Source: Squalus acanthias
Lineage: Eukaryota
DNA: 64,000 bases
NCBI GenBank assembly: GCA_030390025.1
Contig: CM059438.1
Span: 66,466,001-66,530,000, forward strand
Direction: 5' to 3'
In this document: piece by piece, positions 1 to 9,747 of the stretch
How the letters are laid out: each line of letters begins with the position of its first letter
Numbering within the stretch: position 1 is the first letter of the stretch
Position numbers and translations under genes: made by a program
The notes under the pieces: model-generated
Seen by the model: only the letters and a program-made list of their open reading frames with translations
Databases searched by the model: none
What the model was told of the DNA's origin: nothing

Positions 1-327
1 AGTCTTTCATTCTCATTTTACTAACATATTTGCCATGCGATAAGCAAAGTGCTTTTGTAGACTTCCATTTTAGAATAAAGCTGCCATTTTAGAATAAGGC
101 TTTCTATATAAACATTGTAGTTTAATTAGGCAGCTAAGGAAGCCATGTCTAGCCATACCTGTCCTTGGAACATTCCAATACAGGAGACCATCTTGTTATC
201 CTATGCTCTATAGGAAGGTTTTATCAAGGCTTGGGAAGTCAGATAGTTTTGTGTGTTATCTCAGACGAAGTAATAGAACAGATGGCTGTTAATGTTAAAA
301 CAAAGAGATCAATTGATGGGAGGCCTC

Positions 328-1988
328 TGTAAGGGGTTCGCGTGGCTCTGTGCTTAGCCTGGGTGCTAGTGCGGGGTTAGGCCTTGTTGCCTGTTCTGGT
401 CTCCAGCCAGCCTGGTAGCACTAGACACCTGTGAGTGGTTCGACCCACTCGCCCTTACGGTTCTGACACTGGACTTAGGTGCGAGAGCAGTAATGCAGAG
501 AAAACTCAGGTAGACCCGGTTGAATAGTACGAAATGGAAAATCTTTATTGCATATTGTTCAAGATTACGAAATACATGTCATAAGCACAGATTAATGACA
601 GTACAAGCTTACATACATTTATGAAACTAGGTTTAGGGAAACAAGGAGCACACGACACATCGTAAAAGGGGACACACATTATAATTATCCTTAAAGCAGA
701 ACCCTCCCCTATCAATACCTGTCCTAATCTAGATCTGTAGGATCGAGAACCATGCTCACCACTCGTGATAACTCGGAGAATTCTAAAACGGTGCTCGGAT
801 GTTTTCGCCACAGCACCTGACTATTCACGTGTTAATCAGGGGTCTCTGTACCCCACTTGTTTACTCGCTCTGCTCCGGCTAGCAGGCTGGACCGTGTGCT
901 GCCATGAAGATCTGTGTTGACCTCGGATTCTGATAAAACTCAAAGAAGAGTCTTCCTGTGCCCGACACCAGTTAGCCGATAGAATTCAAAGATGAGTCTT
1001 TCTGGATCGACACCAGTTCGATAAAATTCGAAGAAAAGTCTTCCTGCGTCAGTTCGTGCAGTAACCTATAGAGTTCAAAAATGGTCTTTATATTTACGGG
1101 CGCGGTCGGGGTTTACTGACCGCGGCGGCACGTGCAGTCGTCTTCTTCTTCTTGTCTTGTTTCGTCTCGTCGGGCCTTCGGGTCCCTACACCGTTTACCG
1201 ACCCTCGGGATGGTGCACCCACTTACCGGCCTTCGCAGCCCAGCTCTTCACAGATCTTCGCGGCAAGCCACGAGGTTGACTCCCGGAAGATCAGCGGACC
1301 AAGAGCTCGGTGGGCCGCAAACGAGAGCCAGGGGTCGAATCAAGAGAGAGATGGACGTTTGTTTACTACAGTTATAGTACTGTAATTCTTTATCTCCCGC
1401 CCAATCTTAATGTTCATCTTTTGTCATGTTTTGGCGCTCAAACTTCTTGTATGGGGTGGTTCTTGTCGTTAATGGGTTTCGGTGATACTTGTAACTGTCT
1501 AAGTACCCGTTAATGTTTCTCCCATTGTGGAACCGGCTAGGAGTCTCCCTGGAGGGGTTTTGGGGCCCTCCGAATTCTTGCTGTGAGTACCCGCGAACGG
1601 CTCTCTCATCGTAGAGCCGTGGGGAATTTGCGTATCAATGTCTTTGGATGGGCCCTTGATTGCCCAGTACAATAGCCCCCGTTTGTGTATGGAAAACCGA
1701 TTCCAACACTTATATTCTCTTAGGTGTACAAAATGCAAAACGATCGCGTCTTGTCTTATTTCATTATGCTGAGTACTGTCCGATCTTGCTGAAATGTTTA
1801 TTGAAACGCCATCTTGTCTGCCTACTGAAAAATCTGGAACCCTCTGCCACGAGGCGCGGCAGCCATTTTACAGGCTGCTTGTGTCCGTTTTGAAACATGA
1901 AAGCATTTTGCTGAAATAAAGCTGTGTTTACGAAACTGTATGTCTCTTTCTCATTATTTTGAAATCGCGATAATTTGCGAATTCTACA
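328..1988 (-). repeat. 3' LTR (1661 bp, full length)
   Basis: TG...CA termini with TGTA/TACA inverted ends. 1099-1988 matches 7950-8839 and 328-340 matches 7937-7949. The whole length is homologous to the solo LTR at 26851-28518. Confidence 0.95.
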
Positions 1989-1998
1989 GTCCCTCCTG
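1989..1998 (-). other. Polypurine tract candidate
   Basis: Minus strand CAGGAGGGAC directly abuts the TG of the 3' LTR. Confidence 0.6.
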
Positions 1999-2435
1999 TT
2001 GATGCGAATAACTCCGCTAATCGTTTCAATAAAAGTGGTGGTGAGCAACATTATCTCGATTCTCCATATCCAAATACTCCCTTAACTTAAACTATCTAGG
2101 GTCTCTGTGTCGTCCTTATTTCCCAGGGAAAATTACATTTTTATAAAACCGTAGGCAGTATTTGCCTTTAACTTACACCACGTGTATGTCTTCCAGGTGT
2201 AACAGGCCGATGCCTCTTGCACCACCTGTATATGCATGTTTTTTTATTATTCAAAGAAAAGAAAAAGAAAACAATCAAACAACCATAATTCAACAACACA
2301 AAATTAAAAATAATCAAAACGACTCTTAAACATACAGAGTTCCAAACTTAGTTACAGGTTCTAAGAAAAATAACAATCAATTAAACAATTTCGAGACACA
2401 CATGGAAAAAACTGGAGTGGTCCCACTCTGGCCGT

Positions 2436-4747
2436 TTACGCGGCGCTTTCTTCGTGCACGCGCACGTAACGCTCTCGCCACTCTCCCGTGTTCTCCTGCT
2501 TTGTGAGGCGCTTGCCTCTCTTGCAGTGCACGACCAATAGGTACACTACAATTATTACTTGGCACACAACTAAAATGTGGGAGGCTATTCTAATCCAGGA
2601 AGGCACTTCAATGTTGGTGAACAGATCCCACCACGGTGGGATTACTATGTCTAGAATTTCTGTCCCTATCTCGACAGTCTTTTGTTCAAAAGCTTGGTGA
2701 GGTGTTCAGGGAGAGGGGGAATGAGGTATCCGAAATGCGCGACGAATCGCTGCAAGTCGGTAAAATTCTCCTTTACTGTTAGATGAACAGTGGATGGTTC
2801 AGAGATCGGGACAATTCGCTGCTGTGCCACTTGAACTTCAGCCCTGGGTTTAAAACAGAAACTGCTGTCACTCACCGGACACCAGCTACGGTTTCCATGT
2901 TGGTAGTGTTGCGCTGCAGTGGTAACACAATATGTTCCACCCCCGATGTATGCTACCTGCGGAGGCACATGATCTTGTGCCATTGCCTCCATGGTGCAAT
3001 TCATGGGCTTGGCGCCAGCCGTTCTGAACCCGCTCTGTGGTGTTAAAAAGGCATTCAAGTGCTGGGGACACAGGATTATGTGTGCTCCCCTGCCATGACA
3101 ACCAGAGAGATCTGTACCTGTCATCGTTTGCTCCCAGCGGATGACGTAAGGTGGGACCGCTGCATAGCGAATGTGGGCTCCCCCCTGAATGACGCCAATG
3201 TTCTCTACCCGATACACCGGGGCGGGCTTTGCTGTGTCGCCCAAAACCGGTATACGTAAGACTATACCCATAATGGTATGGTTTGACCGTCCGCAGTCCA
3301 CGGGGACTGGGTATGCTTCTGAAGCTAGCCTGAGCTGGCACGGGCTTAATGCGTTCTGAAAAGGGTGGAGCGCCGGCAGGTGTTTGTTACTTATCCAGGA
3401 TGGGACCAAACCTTGTTTTAAATCCTCCAAATTACTGCAGCCCTCGCCCAGTAACCACGCCCCGTAAAGCACGCACACCTCATTCTGCGCAGCCTGATCG
3501 GACGCATTCCGATCTTCCCTGATCAGGGCATTTACCGTTCTCGCATGCTTCTCCAGCTCTGCTATAATTTCCTTTAAGTGTAGCGTCATGGCCTGGTCCT
3601 CATGTAACCCAGACCCTACCACCTTATTTTCGTCTGTAAGAATATTCTTTAATTGTGTTTTTAAACCATTAATCTGGGTCTGCAACTCCACGTTGTCTAG
3701 AGCATTGGCCACAGATGTTCCTGTATTAAAAGCGGTGAACATATCGTTCACAACACCCCTTCTTTGTCTCCCCACCTGGCCCAAAACTTCATGTGGTGTG
3801 GTGTACAAGCTTGTTTTGTCAATCTCCGCAAAATCAAACTCGTAGAATTGTCTAAACATATTGGTCAACAGGACCTGGTACAATTGTTCCGTCTCTTTGG
3901 GGCACCACCCTGGCAACCGCACCTCGGTGAGATTTAAAATCACCGAGGCCACCGCGTAATGTACCCCCTGAAATAGTATCTGGTCTGTAGGGACCAGTAC
4001 CAAACCATTCCCGAGTCCCTTACTGGTTTTAGGGCACCCTTCCTCCTGAGCCAAAACCACCGGAATCGTGGGCGGGACCTTGCATGGGCGTGTAATGAGT
4101 TCAGTGGCGTTTACTGGGATCGGAGAGTATGGGGCCCCGCACCCACTGGTGCTGACATCACACCTCATCCCTTTCCCGTTGTCCTGCCACTGGTTTACGA
4201 AAAATATGGAGATGCCTTTGGGGCAAACGTGCTTTGACCCCCACATACATACATAAATTCCCTCATCCGGTTCCCACCATTTGTCCCAACAGACTTTCAA
4301 TTGTCCGTTAGTCCCCGTGATTGTCCAATGGGTATTATTACCCAAGCGCTCCCACTCAACCGAGGAATTTCTCATATTCTTGTTCAATTTCCGTAGCCAC
4401 CACCATCGGCTCAATGGGACATTCCCATTACAAGTCAAACAAATCCTTTTGCCGACGGTGACTCTGATCCTGGGTGCAATGATCCTCACTTTGGGGCACA
4501 TCAAAGAAGTCTCTTTGTAGGCAAATCCCGATGTACTGGAGTATTCAGTTGAATTCGTTCCCAGCCATCCTGGCCACCTTCCCTTGTGGAAATAAGTGGC
4601 GGTCTCCTCAGCCTCTCGCCTCCCGGTCCCATCCGTCGCGATGGGGGCCGTGTCCCCGGAGCAACCAAATACCACGACATCCTTGGTGCGGCCTCGATAG
4701 GCCAATCCACATCCAAATGCCGCGAGCACTACCAGAATCCGCTCCAT
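2436..4747 (-). pseudogene. env: Envelope glycoprotein, class I fusion type (F-protein-like) with N-terminal Ig-like domain; frameshift at ~2690 separates the TM anchor
   Basis: Signal peptide MERILVVLAAFGCGLA (ATG 4747). Ig motif C-x-W...DEGIYVC. Furin site RQRR followed by fusion peptide and heptad repeat (GVVNDMFTAFNTGTSVANALDNVELQTQINGLK). Long Cys-rich ectodomain. An alternate frame after ~2690 gives PPWWDLF..IASHILVVCQVIIVVYLLVVHCKRGKR..TAA (2436-2438). Confidence 0.88.
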
Positions 4748-5018
4748 CCTTCCTTGGTTCCTGTGATCAGATAACATGAGGTAGCCAGCCTCCCAAGAGT
4801 CTCTGGCTTTTGTGAAGGGTGAGCGGGTCCCCTGACCTTGCCTCACGTAAGAAGACATGTGCACTGGATAGATCTTTTAACTAAACCTAATCTAAACTCC
4901 CATCATTTATCTTTTACTTATCAAAATTAAACTATGAAACTTACAAAACTTACAAACTATAAAACTTATCACTTATCTTATAAACTGTACAGCGCCGCCC
5001 GTTCCCAGGGCGGCCTAC

Positions 5019-6132
5019 TCAAATTCGGTGAAGGCAGCCACAAGCTTTTCCCAACGGTGGGAGGGCACCGACCCCTTCCTTTGATCTGCCGCAGCCTGTC
5101 TCTGCTGCGCTGTGACTGGGCTCTCCCTGGGCTGCCTTAGCCTTGGACCTACGCCTGGGGACATACGGGGGACTTGACCATACCTTCCTGGGCTGGGGTG
5201 TCCGACTTGACCTACGGGGGGCTACCGGGGGCAAGAACTCCAGGACCGACGGACCGGGTTTCGAGACTTCCACCGTCGCGACCTGTGGTCCCACCACAGC
5301 CGCTGGCTCCGCCTCCCCTGGCTCCGCCTCCCTGAACTCGGGATCTGCAGTCTCTGGCACCACCCTACTTGGCCCAGTAGGCGGCCCTTCACTCGCAGTC
5401 CCTACCTCCCCCGAGGGCAAGACTTCCAAGGCGGACGGACTGGGTTCTGAGACTTCCATCGCCGTGACCTGTGGTCCCACCACAGCCGCTGGCTCTGCCT
5501 CCCCTAGCTCCGCCCCCCCTGAGTTCTGGACCTGCAGTTTCTGCTTCCACCATGCGTGGACCTCCACTCACTGTCCCTGTCTTCCCTTTACTTGAATCGG
5601 GGGCGAACCTTTCGTCCTCCGATCCCAGCTCCTCTTCGCTCGGGTCACTATCTTGGTCGAGCTCCTCGAACTCTTCCTCATCTGACTCCCAACCCCAATA
5701 AAGGATCCTACATTTTGCTAGGATGTCCTCTCCCCTGATGCAAGCTGCTTTACCAGCCTGTGTACCCTGCGGTCCTACCCGGGGCTGCGAGTCCCCACTC
5801 GCAGGTTTGGCCCCTGTGGTTGGCCCTTGTGCACCCGGCTTATACAGCTTGCACTGGTTAAAATCCTCATTCTCCCTGCTTCTGGCTACCCTGCGGGCTG
5901 CTTTTATGTCTCTAAGCTGCCCTTCTAGCCCATCTATTTTCCCCATTAAGCGGGCGTTCTCCTCCCGCAAGGCCTGCTCTCTGAGCTGCCCTTCTAGCTC
6001 GTGTACTTTCCCCATTAAGCGGGCGTTCTCCTCCCGCAGGGCCTGCTCTTTGAACCTGGCCTCCTTACAGGAGACCCCCTCCTGTGCGTGTTTTTTAAAA
6101 GGACACAGGTAGGCAGGCTGCACTGGTTCCAG
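5019..6132 (-). CDS. ORF X in the pol position: ~370-aa coiled-coil/acidic/proline-repeat protein, in frame with gag after TGA; one +1 frameshift in a G-run at ~5513-5519
   Basis: GAC TTC TGA CTG GAA CCA GTG keeps the gag frame. ORFs 5389..6123 and 5019..5567 join if one G is removed; the paralogous internal repeat (GAG TTC AGG GAG GCG GAG vs GAA CTC AGG GGG G GCG GAG) shows the extra base. Contains 2x (R/K)EQALREENARLMGK..LEGQL, an acidic tract, 2x EAEPAAVVGPQV and a basic RRSSR tail. Confidence 0.7.
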
Positions 6133-7932
6133 TCAGAAGTCCGGGTTGCCCGGGGCTGTTGCTACCTTTCCGTGCGAAATCATAAGAGACCGCATGGCTC
6201 CTAACATTGATTCTATCGCGTCGGGATGGATAGGCACACCAGCTCCCTTTTCAGAGACAGGCGCCTGGGTTTGGGCTGCGGGATTTTTATCCCTGGACTC
6301 CTTCCAGGGGTTCCTGCAGTTCTTGCGCCAGTGCCCTGTCTTTCCGCACACGTAACAAGCACTACTGGCTTGTGGGGCGTGATTTCCCTCCTGATGCCAC
6401 TCCTTTTGAGCCGGGGTGGCGGGCCGTGCCTCATGCACCTTTCCCTTAAGGGGACGCGCTCCCGTGCTCCTAGTATTACGGTACCCTACCGTGAGTTGGT
6501 TTAAGACCGACTCGTCAGTTGTGATGGGGTTAGTGGGGTCAAACCACACTTTGGTCTGCTCCCTGACGGTTGGCAAGCTGTTGGCTACTAAACATCTGAG
6601 CCAGTGAGCTAAACCGACACCGTCTATGCGGTGACGTGCTGGCGCGCCTGGACAGCTACGCTGATATACCGGCCACAGCCTGTCGGCGAAAACCTTCGGG
6701 AGTTCTCCCTCCATCTGCATCGTCTGTCCCAATCTAACAAACGGACCTTCGTCGTCCGCCCCCAACACTTCTAGGACCTCCTCTCTTAACTCCTCATAGG
6801 TCCTATTACCCTTTTTACTCGCATCTGAGAGACACTGGAGGATTGAGCTGTCTAAGGAGAACAGCAGCATTTTAGCCCTTTCCCCATCGTCGCAGCCGTT
6901 AATGGCTGCGGTCTGCTCCACCTCACTGAAATGTACGGAAGGATCGTCTGGCTCGGACAGCTTCCGTACGTGACTGATCATAGCCCTCAGCTGGTGTGAG
7001 CTGTGAGGCAACACAAGCTGGTTGAGGAGATTCCCCTCTTCTCCACCGGCTCCTTTCGGGCCCCTCTTGATACCCATGACCGGACACAACGGTCCCGGCT
7101 TCACTACTACCTCAGGGGGCTGTACTACCTCGGGGACCTCTTCCTCTACTTCTACCACTTCCTCCCTTACCCAGGTTGCCGAATAGCTGGGTGGCGCGGA
7201 GGGCACAGTGGCAAATACCTCCTCTGCTTTGTTTGGTAGGGATTTTTGGAATTCCCCACCCACCGGCGGCTGGTGTGCTGACGGGCTGATGAGGCACACC
7301 ATGCCGTGCGCTTTATTCAGGGCCTCTTTAAGGTTCCCTATCTCTCTCTGGCAGACGCCGTGGTCGGCCCCCTCATGTTTATCTTCGAGGGCCATCTTAT
7401 ATGCCGCCCTAACCCCCTTTAAGCTCTCTTCCTGGGCTTTTATTTGAGCAGCTAGGCGGGCACACCGTTCCCTGATTCTACCCTCATTTAATTTTGCCTC
7501 AGTGACCTGGCACTCGAGGTAATCTATTTTCGCCTCATGGTGGTTGGCGACTAACTGGTGTTCCTGATGCAACGCATTTAAGGACGCGATGAGCTGCTGC
7601 CCCCCCGCGACCTTTTCCTCCATCTCCACCTACAAACCCTTGATCTGAGCTGCCTGTGCTACGATGACCTGGTCCGAAATCTGGACTTGCTTTTTGTAAC
7701 ACATCAGCCAAACCGCTTTCTCTACCGATTTTTTGTGTTCTTTGCTACTTGTCCACCTGATGGCTGCGTCTAGCGGACGCTTATCCACCAACAGGTCACT
7801 TATCCATCTCTTAGTCAAATTAACCTTACCAAACACATAATCGGCTATTCTCTCTTCCATAAAATTTCGCCCATTCACACCAGGGTCTAACACATTACTT
7901 TCTCGCTGCCAGTGTCCTGCTGCGGTCGCCAT
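6133..7932 (-). pseudogene. gag: Gag polyprotein (~599 codons) interrupted by one in-frame TAG at 7630-7632
   Basis: ORFs 7630..7932 and 6133..7629 are in the same frame, separated only by TAG. N-terminal coiled-coil region, capsid-like middle, and zinc knuckle CYVCGKTGHWRKNC (CX2CX4HX4C). ATG sits in a strong Kozak context (AAAATGG). Confidence 0.88.
7914..7931 (-). other. Primer-binding site candidate (partial tRNA-Ser-like), overlapping the gag ATG
   Basis: TGGCGACCGCAGCAGGAC begins 5 nt after the 5' LTR. It starts with TGG and shares TGGCG...GCAGGA with vertebrate tRNA-Ser-type PBSs, but the match is imperfect. Confidence 0.6.
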
Positions 7933-7936
7933 TTTC

Positions 7937-8839
7937 TGTAAGGGGTTCGGGTGCGGTCGGGGTTTACTGACCGCGGCGGCACGTGTAGTCGTCTTCTTCT
8001 TCTTGTCTTGTTTCGTCTCGTCGGGCCTTCGGGTCCCTACACCGTCTACCGACCCTCGGGATGGTTTACCCGCTTACTGGCCTTCGCAGCCCAGCTCTTC
8101 ACAGATCTTCGCGGCAAGCCACGAGGTTGACTCCCGGAAGATCAGCGGACCAAGAGCTCGGTGGGCCGCAAACGAGAGCCAGGGGTTGAATCAAGAGAGA
8201 GATGGACGTTTGTTTACTACAGTTATAGTACTGTAATTCTTTATCTCCCACCCAATCTTAATGTTCATCTTTTGTCATGTTTTGGCGCTCAAACTTCTTG
8301 TATGGGGTGGTTCTTGTCGTTAATGGGTTTTGGTGATACTTGTAACTGTCTAAGTACCTGTTAATGTTTCTCCCATTGTGGAACCGGCTAGGAGTCTCCC
8401 TGGAGGGGTTTTGGGGCCCTCCGAATTCTTGCTGTGAGTACCCGCGAACGGCTCTCTCATCGTAGAGCCGTGGGGAATTTGCGTATCAATGTCTTTGGAT
8501 GGGCCCTTGATTGCCCAGTACAATAGCCCCCGTTTGTGTATGGAAAACCGATTCCAACACTTATATTCTCTTAGGTGTACAAAATGCAAAACGATCGCGT
8601 CTTGTCTTATTTCATTATGCTGAGTACTGTCCGATCTTGCTGAAATGTTTATTGAAACGCCATCTTGTCTGCCTACTGAAAAATCTGGAACCTTCTGCCA
8701 CGAGGCGCGGCGGCCATTTTACAGGCTGCTTGTGTCCGTTTTGAAACATGACAGCATTTTGCTGAAATAAAGCTGTGTTTACGAAACTGTATGTCTCTTT
8801 CTCATTATTTTGAAATCGCGATAATTTGCGAATTCTACA
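7937..8839 (-). repeat. 5' LTR (903 bp) with a 758-bp internal deletion relative to the 3' LTR
   Basis: Same termini as the 3' LTR. Lacks the segment equivalent to 341-1098, with CG microhomology at the junction. About 14 substitutions counted by eye over ~890 shared bp, mostly at CpG. Confidence 0.93.
8219..8256 (-). promoter_or_regulatory. Putative LTR core promoter (CCAAT box, GC/GT box, TATA-like CTATAAC)
   Basis: Minus strand reads ATTGGGTGGGAGATAAAGAATTACAGTACTATAACTG. The same module is in the 3' LTR (1368-1405, with GGGCGG) and in the solo LTR (~27423-27459). Confidence 0.5.
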
Positions 8840-8843
8840 CCTC

Positions 8844-9146
8844 CCAGGGCACAAGGACTGTTAGGAATAACAGTGCTTTTAATATAAGCCTAGACTTAGA
8901 ACATAGATGTTAGAACGTTCTCGGGGCGAGACTGGACCGCTCACGTGTTACCGCGGGGCCATTTGAGATCGATCACCTCAAAACCTTGTAGATGTTAACT
9001 GGTTGTATCTGTCTTTAACTGGCTATGCTATAAGTGTAACCTTTTATTTTAACTTATTTCTGCTTGTATTGTAGCTTCTTTTATAACTATAATAAACATA
9101 TATACTTTGGAACAAGGCTCCCTCGCATCTCTGGGTATCACTTACA
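8844..9146 (+). repeat. Probable 3' part of an unrelated LTR into which the provirus inserted (likely continues in 1-327)
   Basis: TATA-like TAATATAAG at ~8880, AATAAA at ~9091, ends ...CTTACA at 9146. The 5' end and TSD are not visible. Confidence 0.35.
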
Positions 9147-9261
9147 CATGCTTTGCAGTGAAAAAACCCAGTGTGTAACATTTTCCCTTGGTACCTCTGC
9201 AGATTACCTATCTCAGAATGCATTGTGACCATAGTAGCATTCTTCTGTTGTGAAAGCCTTA

Positions 9262-9747
9262 GGGAGGTTGCAGAAAAGATTTACAAGAATAGTTCCAGGG
9301 ATGAGGGACTTTAGTTACATGGATAGACTGGAGAAGCTGGGGTTGTTCTCCTTAGAGCAGGGAATGGTTGAGAGGAGATTTGATAGAGGTGTTCAAAATC
9401 ATGAGGTGTCCAGATAGAGTAGATAGAGAGAAACTGTTCCCATTGGCGGAAATGTCGAGAACCAGAAGACACAGATTTAAGGTGATTGGCAGAAGAATCA
9501 AAGGCAACATGAGGAAAAACATTTTTACTCAGCGAGTGGAATGCACTGCCTGAAAGGGTGGTGGAAGCAGATTCAATCATGGCTTTCAACAGGGAATTGG
9601 ATAAGTAACTGAAGGGAAAAAATTTGCAGGGCTACGGGGAAAGGTCAGGGGAGTGGGACTAGCTGAAGTGCTCTTGCAGAGAGCCGGCACAGGCTCAACA
9701 GTCCGAATGGCCTTTTTTGTGTTGTAACCATTCTATGATTCTATGAT
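9262..9747 (+). mobile_element. CR1 LINE 3' fragment
   Basis: RGDLIEVFKIM...FFTQRV ORF2 C-terminus and ATTCTATGATTCTATG tail. Confidence 0.9.

Larger units (their letters stand above)
328..8839 (-). mobile_element. Endogenous retrovirus-like provirus (lokiretrovirus-like), gag + ORF X + env, lacking pol
   Basis: Direct-repeat LTRs reading TGTAGAATT...CCCCTTACA on the minus strand. 4-bp TSD CCTC at 324-327 and 8840-8843. PBS-like and PPT-like sites at the expected positions. Gag with a CCHC knuckle; Env with signal peptide, furin site and TM. No RT (YxDD), protease (DTG) or integrase motifs in any internal ORF. Confidence 0.93.

Noticed and set aside
1132..2051. Short ORFs duplicated at 8003-8854
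   Set aside because: They lie in the LTRs, mostly begin at non-ATG codons, and do not appear as intact equivalents in the solo LTR.
5019..6132. Degenerate pol
   Set aside because: No protease, RT, RNase H or integrase catalytic motifs in any listed frame, and only 1.1 kb long. At most the first few codons or the basic tail might be pol-derived.
5143..7447. Plus-strand ORFs antisense to gag and ORF X
   Set aside because: Shadow ORFs of GC-rich coding sequence with no recognisable motifs.
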